DNA of 64,000 nucleotides from positions 434,001-498,000 of the forward strand of contig NW_027266277.1 in the NCBI RefSeq assembly GCF_022045235.1, given 5' to 3'. Position numbers and translations under genes: made by a program. Below are positions 52,973-64,000 of the stretch, piece after piece. Positions within the stretch are counted from its first letter, which is position 1, and every line of letters starts with the position of its first letter. Source of the stretch: Haliotis cracherodii. Lineage: Eukaryota. The notes below the pieces were generated by a model. The model ran no database searches. It had not been told where the DNA came from and saw only the letters and a list, made by a program, of their open reading frames with translations.

Positions 52973-53954
52973 ACACCTCTATTCTGCTGATCACATCCCC
53001 TGGTGTTATTAAAACATTGTCATATGATTGTTATTATATTGATTTCTTTAAAAAATATATTTGTTTTGCATATATGGTATCGCTTCAATTAGGAGATAAA
53101 CCGATTTTCGATTTTAAGGTTTCAAACGTTGATTTGATACTTGTAAAAATAATGAGGAATCGAACGCTTTAGCTTTACGGAAACTGTGGTGTGAAGGTTA
53201 CACAAAACTAAATGATTTCACAAAAACTTCTACAGTAATGTTTTACTTTTTAAACAATAACTTGGCATTCAACAACTATCACATAAACATGAAAACACAG
53301 CCTAGCCTAAAAGCAGCAATACAAACAAACAAAATAGCTAGCTTAGCCAATTCCTTTTCAGAGTTCAGGAAGTTGAAAACACCAACCCCATTCCGCACCA
53401 AATGTCACCTGTCGGAAAATATCTGTGGTCACACTCAGCATAAGTCATCATGTTACGAAAAAGCAGTAAATATTGAAAAACTTGGTCAGTTATGGATTGA
53501 TGTACATTTAAAAAAACATAAACATCTCACACAGAACCATCCCATGACAGCTGCCTGATGTCTCAATCTGCACTGAAGGCCACGAAAACCACTGTGGGGA
53601 CAACATATTTGGTGTAGAAGAAACTGGGTGTTGGTGGAATAGTGTCGACCATTTGCATTGTCCACTGAAACCGTCTTTGCATGTCCACAAAAGAAAATTT
53701 ATACGAAAGGGATCGTAGTTGATGACATAGATGGTTCACAAACATATCAGGTGCAGCGTAATGGATGCGCCATCAACATTGTCTTACGTAGATATCGGGC
53801 CAGGAGCATGATTCTAACATGTCATGCAAAATTATCTTACCCACAAATTAAAGGTAAATCTTAAAATAAAAGAGTCTAAAGCTATTCATTATGTTAGGGT
53901 TATCAACTTTAGAGGTATTTTTCTAGTACTAGCGATACACTGTCTGACTGTCTG

Positions 53955-56900
53955 TTTGCCGTGCAGCTCGTGTAGTTGATAAGGACATGGCAACCCGTGC
54001 AGCTCGTGCATATGATAATGACATGACAATCCATGACATCGTGTGTATGTCATTATCAAATACACGAGCTGCACCAAATCAGATATTTGATATCAAAAGG
54101 ATTTTTTAAGTTACTTGAAAAATAATAATTAGCTAATCACATATAGGAAGAGTGTATTATGATAATGACACGGCAGCCCGTGCAGCTCGTGTATTTGACA
54201 ATGACATGTCAGCCCGTGCAGCTCGTGTATATGATAATGACATGACAGCCCGTGCAGCTCGTGTATATGATAATGACATGTCAGCCCGTGCATCTCGTGT
54301 ATATGATAATGACATGACAGCCCGTGCAGCTCGTGTATATGATAATGACATGGTAACACGTGCAGCTCGTGTATATGATAAGTACAGCCCGTGCAGCTCG
54401 CGTATATGATGATGACATGGCAACACGTGCAGCTCGTGTCTATGATAGTGACATGGCAACACGTGCAACTCGTGTATTTGACAATGACATGGCAACACGT
54501 GCAGCTCGTGTATATGATAATGACATCACAACCCGTGCACCTCGTGTATATGCTAATGGCAGCCCATGCAGCTCGTGTATATGCTAATGGCATGTCAGCC
54601 CGTGCAGCTCGTGTATATGATAAGGAAAACCCGTGCACCTCGTGTATATGCTAATGACATGACAGCCCGTGCAGCTCGTGTATATGATAATGACATGACA
54701 ACCAGTGCAGCTTGTGTATATGCTAATGGCATGTCAACCCGTGCAGCTGGTGTATATGATAGTGTCATGACACACCTTGGAACTCGTGTGTATGATAGTG
54801 ACATGACACCCAGTGCAGCTCGTGTGTATGGTAGTGACAGCCCGTGTATATGATAATGACATGGCAACCAGTGCAGCTCGTGTATATGATAATGACAGCC
54901 CGTGTATATGATAATAACATGGCAACACGTGCAGCTCGTGTATATGATAATGACAGCCCGTGTATATGATAATGACATGGCAATACGTGCAGCTGGTGTA
55001 TATGATAAGGACAATCCGTGCAGCTCGTGTATATTCTAATGGCATGTCAGCCCATGCAGCTCGTGTATATGATAGTGACATGACCGCCCGTGCAGCTCGT
55101 GTATATGATAATGACATGGTAGCCTGTGCAGCTCGTGTATATGATAATGACATGGCAACACGTGCAGCCCGTGCAGCTCGTGTATATGATAAGGACAACC
55201 CGTGCACCTCTTGTATTTGACAATGACATGGCCGCCTGTGCAGATCGTGTATATGATAATGACATGGCAACACGTGCATCCCGTTTATATGATAATGACA
55301 ACCCGTGCAGCTCGTGTATATGATAAGGATATGGCAACACGTGCAGCTAGTGTACATGTATATCATAAGGACAGCCCGTGCAGCTCGTGTATATGATAGT
55401 GACATGGCAACACGTGCAGCTCGTGTATTTTGACAATGCCATGACAGCCCGTGCAACTCGTGTATTTGACTATGACATGGCAGCCCTTGGAGCTCGTGTA
55501 TATGATAATGACATGACAACCAATGCAGCTCGTGTATATGATAATGACGGCCATCCGTGCAGCTCGTGCATATGATAATGACATAGCAACACGTGAAGCT
55601 CGTGTCTATGATAATGGCAGCCCGTGCAGCTCGTGTATATGATAATGGCATGTCAGCCCGTGCAGCTCGTGTATATGATAATGACATGGCAACACGTGCA
55701 GCTCGTGTCTATGATAATGGCATGTCAGCCCATGCAGCTCGTATATATGATAGTGACATGACAGCCCATGCAGCTCGTGTATTTGACAATGCCACTGCAA
55801 CACGTGCAGCTCGTGTATATGATAATGGTAGCCCGTGTATATGATAATGACATGGCATTACGTGCAGCTCGTGTATATGATAAGGACAACCCGTGCAGCT
55901 CGTGTAAATGCTAATGGCATGTCAGCCCGTGCAGCTCGTGTATATGATAATGGTAGCCCGTGTATATGATAATGACATGGCATTACGTGCAGCTCGTGTA
56001 TATGATAAGGACAACCCGTGCAGCTCGTGTATATGCTAATGGCATGTCAGCCTGTGCAGTTCGTGTATATGATAATGACATCACAGCCCGTTCAGCTCGT
56101 GCATTTGAAAATGGCAGCCCGTGCAGCTCGTATTAATGATAGTGACATGGCAACACGTGCAGCCCGTGCAGCTCGTTTATATGATAAGGTAAACCCGTGC
56201 ACCTCGTGTATAGGAGAGTGACATGACAGCCCGTGCAGCTCGTGTATATGAAAATGACATGACAACCAGTGCAGCTCGTGTATATGCTAATGGCATGTCA
56301 ACCCGTCCAGCTCGTGTATATGGTGGTGACATGACACCCCGTGCAGCTCGTGTGTATGATAGTGATATGACACCCCGTGCAGCTCGTGTATATGATAAGG
56401 ACATGGCAACACGTGCAGTTCGTAAATATTATAATGACAGCCCGTTTATATCATTATGACATGGCAATACGTGCAGCTGGTGTATATGATAAGGACAATC
56501 CGTGCAGCTCGTGTATATGCTAATGGCATGTCAGCCCGTGCAGCTCGTGTATATGATAGTGACATGACCGCCCGTGCAGCTCCTGTATATGATAATGACA
56601 TGGCAGCTCGTGTATATGATATTGACATGGCAACACGTGCAGCCCGTGCAGCTCGTGTATATGATAAGGACAACCCGTGCACCTCGTGTATATGCAAATG
56701 GCATGACAACCCGTGCACCTCGTGTATATGCAAATGGCATGACAACCCGTGCAGCTCGTGTATATGCAAATGGCATGACAACCCGTGCAGCTCGTGTATA
56801 TGATAAGGACAACCCGTGCACCTTGTGTATATGATAATGACATGACAACCCATGCAACTCGTGTATATGATAATGACGGCCACCCGTGCGGCACGATTAT

Positions 56901-57262
56901 ATGATAATGACATGGAAATACGTGCAGCTCGTGTATATGATAATGGCAGCCCGTTTATATCATAGTGACATGACAACCCGTACAGCTTGTGTATGTGGTA
57001 ATGACAGCCCGTGCAGCTCGTGTATATGCTAATGGCATGTCAGTCCGTGCAGCTCGTGCATGTGACAATGACAGCCCTTGCAGCTCGTGAGTATGATAAT
57101 GACAGTAGTGCAGCTCGTGTATATGATAATGATAGCCCGTGCAGCTCGTGTATATGATAATGACAGTCCGTGCAGCTCGTGTGTATGATAATGATAGCCC
57201 TTGCAGCTCGTGTATATGATAATGTCAGCCCGTGTAAATAATAGTGATATGGCTACCCGTGT
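53955..57262. repeat. Complex minisatellite, variable 30-40 bp unit CCCGTGCAGCTCGTGTATATGATAATGACATG
   Basis: About 3.3 kb of tandem variants between genes C and D. Confidence 0.95.
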
Positions 57263-58348
57263 CTGCTTTACGTCAATAATGACATCTACATGACGTCAAC
57301 GTTGCTTGGTATAACGTTTCCAACTCTCTTATCTTGAACAGTGTAGCTATCAATAAAAGGAATGAATGACGTATGTCGCATTTCATGTAGCCCTTCTTCG
57401 ATCTGGAAACACAAAACTCGGACACTCGCTACGAACATCGCATCTACATGTCTACAACCTGGCGTCTTCACACGAGTGGCAGACTGACGGATAGCGGGTG
57501 ACACAATTATATCTCAGTTCCAAGACAATTTCATATTCATATTGTTTGATTTTTCAAGAAAGTGTTCGAAAGTATCGAACGTTACAGATGACTACACAGT
57601 TAGTCTTACGTCGACACTGCAGCCTAGTTTTGTTTATATGTGTTTGTTTGTTTGTTGTTTAACACCGCACGCCAGCAATATTCTAGCTGTATAACGGCGG
57701 TCTATAAATAAGTAATCGAGGTCTACATTTCGCCATGTAGATTATCCAAAATACTTAGTGTGTTACCAATATTACAATCGTTTATTTGTGACGATACTGG
57801 TAAATTACTTCATTTGTTTATAAAGCTTATTGAAGTGAGTGACAATTAGGATTTAACGCCGCTTTGAACAGTATTTGAGGAATATCAGTGCGTGTCATCA
57901 GAACGAACGCAGGTCGCATATAACCTGTTTAAACCCACGAACACGGGTGAACACAAATAGCGGATCATAATCTGTATGAATCTGGGATTCGAACCCACGA
58001 CGAGTAGACAGTGTAGGTCGTAAGGATTTGTCACTTCGTTGATACCCAACAATAAGACCACGGTGTGACAAACTAAACCATAATTCATGACAGTGACGAA
58101 AGTGGGGTTGGAACCCAAAACTGCGGATCCTGTTAAGCTTAAGGGACGCAACTCGCAATGGTTTCCCGAGGCCACACGACGACGCGCCATTACGTAATTC
58201 AATGGGTTATTTAGGTACGGCATTGTAAGTATATATTTAATTGGGATACTCTTTCTGACTTTATAGATAAGACCTTTTATCAAACGACAAGGTGACGCTT
58301 CTCAGCTATTTAATTTCTTTATACGTCAACGTGCCACAGAACTTCCAA

Positions 58349-61300
58349 ATGAGAGGTCTTTCTTTTGCAGCCATTTTTCGGTACTCAGCTGTGAGTAAAA
58401 CGTTTTTTCACCCATCAATTCTTGATATTTTAATCTCTGTATTTGACATCTAAAGGCCTTTATAAAGTTGCTTGAAAAATAGTAATTTATAATTCTCATG
58501 CAGACAGAGTGTGTTAGGAGTGAGGGCCGCCTCCGCGCAGCGTCCATCCGCCGCGTCATACCGAAAGATGGTACTTGTTGTTACCCTGCCTGGCGCTCGA
58601 CATAAGGGGCTCAAACAAGGACTGGTCGACTCGGAGTCAGTATACTGTGTCTGAGAGGGGTATTCATGTTAAACTGCGGCATGATATCTCATAGGGAAGC
58701 TCTATAAAATCGCCATTAGCCCGGACGTGTACAAGCGCACGCACAAACAAACACACGCACACGCACGTCGCTACATGACTGCAATAATCTTGAACGCGAC
58801 GTTAAACCCCATATCACCTCGCTGCCTCACCTATTAGGAGTGAGTAAAATTGTTATACATCGGGTCGCCCAAATTATCACAACTATATGAAAAAAGGCCA
58901 CAATTTCTATATTTTCGAATATACTTTTAATACAATTGAGCATTATTTAGGGACTGATCATTTATTATAGGAGCGAGGGGGGCATGAGAGATTGCTTCAT
59001 GTATGTGGGTGGGCCACGACAAATTGTCACATACAATGGGAGGGGTGTGTGAGTATGGGAAATTATGATAGTCTTGAGACCAATTTCACCGACCCCACCC
59101 CATAATATATGACTAGCCCCTCTCCTCACCTTTGACCCGTGAAAATTCGGGTTAGAAAAACTGTTTAGCAACCCATGCATGCTGTAAAAGTCAACTGACT
59201 ATGCTTGTTGGAGGGGGCGACTAACGAGAGCGGGTGGTCAGGCTCGCTGATTTGGTTGATGTAAGTCATCGTAACCCAAATACGTGGATTAATGGTGTCA
59301 AACACTGAATTGTCTGGTCCAGACTCGATTATTTACAGACCGCCGTCATATAGCTGAAATATTGCTGAGTGCGGCGTTGAACAAAACACAATCAAACAAC
59401 CAAACAAATAAACAAACAAACCTCACCTTGCCGTTTGGGCACGCTGACATACAATCAGTCAGTTCGTAAATGCAACCGTGTTCTTATTTGTAGAAACTAA
59501 ATACAAGAAGGGGTCTTGACAGACCTATTCTCCCCCGAGATCTCCAAGAGGCGTTTTCATTTTGATCGACTCTTGTTGTGAAATGTTGATTTTCATTGTA
59601 TGACAGCCATGGATTTTCCTTTGTAGGCCTTCATTTTCACCATTACATCATTTAATGAACTGTACATGGGCTACCGATTTGAATATCACGCACCGAACGT
59701 AAGTTAAACAAAACATTTTACTTATATCATTATAATATTAAGCATGTAATAATCATAGCAAAGTGTTTTCTTGTACCATGTTTACAGGGTCTACTTGTGG
59801 AACACACTGATCTATCATGTTACATTGTACCATGTTTACAGCGTCTACCTGTGGTACACACTGATCTATCATGTTACCTTGTACCATATTTACAGGGTCT
59901 ACCTGTGGTACACACTGATCTATCATGTTACCTTGTACCATGTTAACAGGGTCTACCTGTGGTACACACTGACCTATTATGTTATCTTGTACCATGTTTA
60001 CAGGGTCTACTTGTGCTACACACTGATCTATCATGTTACCTTGTACCATGTTTACAGCGTCTATTTGTGGAACACACTGATCTATAATGTTACATTGTAC
60101 CATGTTTACAAGGTCTACTTGTGGTACACACTGATCTATCATGTTACCTTGAACCATGTTTACAGGGTCTACCTGTGTAACACACTGATCTATCATGTTA
60201 CCTTGTACCATGTTTACAGGGTCTACTTGTGGTACACACTGATCTATCATGTCACCTTGTACCATGTTTACAGGGTCTACTTGTGGAACACACTGATCTA
60301 CAATGTTACCTTGTCCCATGTTTACAGTGTCTACTTGTGCTGAAAAACTGATCTATCATGTTACCTTCTGCCATGTTTACAGGGTCTACTTGTGGTACAC
60401 ACTGATCTGTCATGTTACATTGTGCCATGTTTACAGGGTCTAATTGTGGTAAACACTGATCTATCATGTTACATTGTACCATGTTTACAGGGTCTCCTTG
60501 TGGTACACACTGATCTATCATGTTACCTTATAGCATGTTTACAGGGTCTACTTGTAGAATACACTGATCTATCATGTTACATTGTACCATGTTTACAGGG
60601 TCTACGTGTGGTACAAACTGATTTATCATGTTACCTTGTACCATGTTTGCACTGACTTCTTTTGATACACACCGATCTATTATGTTACCTTGTATCATGT
60701 TCACAGGGTCTACTTGCGGAACAAACTGATCTATTATGTTACATTGTACCATGTTTACAGGATCTACTTGTGGTACACACTGATCTATCATGTTACCTTC
60801 TACCATGTTTTACAGGGTCTACTTGTGGTACACACTGATCTATCATGTTACATTGTACCACGTTTACAGGGTCTCCTTGTTTCACACACTGGTCGATCAT
60901 GTTACCTTGTACCATGTTTACAGGGTCTACTTGTGGAACACACTGATCTATCCTATTACCTTGTTCTATGTTTACAAGGTCTACTTGTGGTTCGCACTGA
61001 TCTATCATGTCACCTTGTACCATGTTTACAGGGTCTACTTGTGGTACACACTGATCTACCATGTTACATTGTACCATGTTTACAGGGTCTACTTGTGGTA
61101 CACACTGATCTACCATGTTACATTGTACCATGTTTACAGGGTCTACTTGTGGTACACACTGATCTATCATGTTACATTGTACCATGTTTACAAGGTCTAC
61201 TTGTGGTTCGCACTGATCTATCATTTTACGTTTTATCATGTTTACAGGGTCTACTTTTGATACACAACAACCTCAAATGTTTCCTTGTCCACGTCGATCT

Positions 61301-62349
61301 CCGCCTCAGCCAGGCGTTCAACAATCAAACTGAGAAAGACAGGATTAAGGTAAGAGAGTGAGTGAGTATATTCTACTTCCCATGTGTTACCACAGCAAGC
61401 AGATAGATATCGAGACTTAGCAGACCAGTCGTCGATGAAATGAGCAACAAACGTCGGCTTTACACAATCAGCAGATCCTGCTGCTCCTAATGCATACCAC
61501 CCAATCCCCATTTAGCACGGAAACCCACCGGAATGCGAGTGTCTGTGAGGATAATATTCATTTATACTGAACAAAAAATATCACGAATAATTTGGGGAAT
61601 ATTTTATGACGGCGGTCGAATCTGGCCCAGACAATCCAGTGATTGATATCATGAGCATCGATCCACGCAATTGGGATACGATGACATGCATCAACCAAGT
61701 CAGCGAGCCTGACTACCCGATCAAGTAAGTCGCCTCTTGCGACAAGCACAGTCACCTTTTACGGAAAGCATGGATTGCTGAAGGCCTATTCTACCCCTGT
61801 TATAACCAGCATCATAACGTTATACCAGGCCCAATTTATTCGTATAATAACTTGGCTGGTTGGTTGGTTGGTTGGTTGGTTGTTTAACGCCGCACTCAGC
61901 AATATTCCAGCTATATGACGGCGGTCTGTAAATAATCGAGTCTGGACCAGACAATCCAGTGACTAATATCATGAGCATCGATCCACGCTATTGGGATCGA
62001 TGACATGCATCAACCAAGTCAGCGAGCCTGACCACCCGATCCCGTTAGTCGCCATTTACGACCAGCATAGTCACCTTATACGGCAAGCATGGGTTACTGA
62101 AGACCTGTTCTACCCCGGATCTTCACGGGTCACTTAGTAATTCTCTTTCGTTTCTATAAACTTTTTTCTCAGGATGACATACTGGCCATAATATCGGACG
62201 GAACTTCAGCCGTCAATGTGTCATCTGACGTCCTCCGTTACGACTACAGCGACTACCTGGCCGCATCCCAGTGCAGAGACCTCCAAGTCTACAAGCTCCC
62301 CTACACCTATGACACACAAGCTGGTGTGGAAATGACGACTGTCTACTAG
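58349..62349 (+). CDS. Gene D: divergent 130-aa paralog; exons 58349-58390, 59627-59698, 61248-61349, 62173-62349
   Basis: MRGLSFAAIFRYSA|AFIFTITSFNELYMGYRFEYHAPN|GLLLIHNNLKCFLVHVDLRLSQAFNNQTEKDRIK|DDILAIISDGTSAVNVSSDVLRYDYSDYLAASQCRDLQVYKLPYTYDTQAGVEMTTVY*. It keeps GYxFEYH, both Cys, a 42-nt exon 1 and a 102-nt exon 3. Exon 1 is the least certain. Confidence 0.85.
58525..58832 (+). mobile_element. SINE family D (gene D intron 1)
   Basis: TSD TTAGGAGTGAG. Confidence 0.8.
59765..61290 (+). repeat. 54-bp tandem array (about 28 units) derived from the gene D exon-3 acceptor and exon start
   Basis: Unit TTTACAG|GGTCTACTTGTGGTACACACTGATCTATCATGTTACCTTGTACCATG; the last unit is the real exon 3 boundary. 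Confidence 0.95.
61607..62130 (-). mobile_element. Tandem pair of family C SINEs (gene D intron 3)
   Basis: Inverted counterpart of 41391-41895, including the linker. Confidence 0.85.
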
Positions 62350-63016
62350 TCTCGGCTTAAAATCGGGATGATTGTTTACCCAAAGTGAGAACCGAATTTA
62401 AAAAGGAAAATATATTATTTTATTAATGTACCATCGTTATTGTTTGTGTTAAACTTTGAGGGTTTAGACGTGGGTGTCTTGACGAGATGACCAGATCTGG
62501 GATCTTTAAGGCTTCCATAGTCTGTCTTACAGTCCCTGATACAAATATATCAACTACAGCCCATGCAAGTCTATAATGTTTGGCAAGTCTAGATTACTGC
62601 AGTATCAGAAGAGAATCACTGGGCTCCCTTTTTATTATATTTTTATTAAGATAACTGAACAACTGGTTTTTTTTGTACGATATGTTCATTTCAGAGACTA
62701 TATGTTAGTCTAAGGCTTCCAGGTTGACAATGACTTCAGAGAAAACACCTATTTCCTTGCTGACGTCTTGAAATGCCGCCCGCCACCGGTCACAGTACAG
62801 AGAGCACTAGGACTTTGTGAAGCAAGTCCTCTACGCCTGGCCTGCAAGAGGTCTCCACTTGGTTCCAGCAGTTTCGAGTTTGTCTTCATAGCCTCCATAT
62901 CTGGGCTAGAAACTACCTCATGACCCTGTTGGAACCTTTCGTCAGCTTCATACAACTTACTCGAGGTACATTCAGTAACCAGGTAAACTGCCCAAAGCTG
63001 GGTGATTTTGGTGAGA

Positions 63017-63290
63017 CTCGTGAAGATCCGGGTTAGAATAGGTCTTCAGCAACCCTTGCTTGCCGCAAAAAGCGACTTTGCCTGTCGGAAGAATCGCCTT
63101 ACTGGATCGGGTGGTCAGGCTCGCTGACTTGGTTGATGCATTTCAACGTATCCCAATTGCTTGGATCGATGCTCATGATATCGATCACTGGATTGTTTGG
63201 TCCAGACTCGATTATTTACAGACCGCCGTCATACAGATGGAATATTGCTGAGTGCGGCGTTAAACAACAACAACAACAACAAAACAAAAG
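63017..63290 (+). mobile_element. SINE-like family C
   Basis: Full copy. Confidence 0.8.
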
Positions 63291-63347
63291 ACTTGGTTGA
63301 CCGCTGAGGTCGAGGCTGATTGGGATGGCATGCCCTAGGGAGAGCCC

Positions 63348-63582
63348 TGAGTGAGTTGGGTTTAACGCTGCTTTTAACAGTATTCGAGGAAACCCCGAAG
63401 TGATGCAGGTCTCAGACGTTTACCACTTCGTTGAAACCCACGAGCACGGGTTTGGTGCTGACAAACCTAGAAACATAATCGGGGCGAACCGGGATTCGAA
63501 CCAACAATCTGGCGTGCCCAAGGGACGCAACTCTGCACAGCGAATCGCGGTGCCTTAGACGATTGGGCCCCCCGTGCCCCCC
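63348..63582 (-). mobile_element. SINE family B (internally deleted)
   Basis: Match to family consensus. Confidence 0.8.
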
Positions 63583-63687
63583 TAAGGTGAAAGAACTGAT
63601 CAAGGTAATTCCGCATAGTGGTGTTTTACTGTTGGGTATCTAATTTCTTCATGCGTATTTGTAAGAAGCAAATCCAAATTAAATGAC

Positions 63688-64000
63688 GACCGCCTCCGTG
63701 GTCTTGTGGTAGAGCGTCCGCCCGGAGAGCGGAAGGTCCGGGGTTCGACCCCCGGCCGCGTCATACAAAAAGACGTTAAAAGATGGTACTTCATGTTACC
63801 CTGTCTGGCGTTCGGCATTAAGGGGCTAAAACAAGGACTGGTCGGCTCGGAGTCAGTATACTGTGTCTGAGTGGGGTATTCATGTTAAACTGCGGCATGG
63901 TATCTTAGCGAGCTAGCACTAATATTCGGCAGCAGTCCGGACTAGTACATGCAGCCACACAAACACACACACGTACATGCACGTCGCTATATAAGTGCAG
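63688..64000 (+). mobile_element. SINE family D (runs off the window)
   Basis: Match to family consensus. Confidence 0.88.

Noticed and set aside
54129-56976. Many TRAARVYDND / MSLSYTRAAR ORFs
   Set aside because: Variable-length minisatellite with constant frame shifts.
58498-58524. Alternative first exon for gene D (MQTECVR)
   Set aside because: Wrong phase and no hydrophobic character; 58349-58390 matches paralog exon length and phase.
59753-61239. Minus-strand MIDQCVPQVDPVN repeat ORFs
   Set aside because: Antisense reading of the 54-bp array; the plus-strand frame is the one matching the gene family.

Overview
Repeat-rich animal genomic DNA, probably molluscan. The SINE families and gene type suggest a gastropod such as abalone, but this is inference. 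None of the long ORFs in the track is a real gene; they are tandem repeats. Manual splicing gives a cluster of four paralogous 4-exon genes: A (minus, 15281-19323), B (plus, 26221-34211), C (plus, 48680-52972) and D (plus, 58349-62349). Each has a 42-nt signal-peptide first coding exon and phase-0 introns, and encodes a 118-130 aa secreted two-cysteine protein. They resemble the molluscan veliger-digestive-gland vdg3 family and show a BRICHOS-like pattern (tentative). Between B and C lies an unrelated gene (CDS 41229-44607) for a 194-aa secreted protein with a poly-Asp/Glu tract, a KR site and a strongly cationic C-terminus. The most unusual feature is a 54-bp tandem array in intron 2 of gene D. 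It is an amplified copy of that gene's own exon-3 splice acceptor plus first 14 codons, giving about 28 stacked acceptor-like sites, six of them intact and in frame. The rest is four SINE families sharing a 3' tail, Tc1/mariner relics, MITEs (several carrying satellites), LINE fragments (one with a 2A-like NPGP motif), a decayed transposase-like region, two inverted duplications and an assembly gap.
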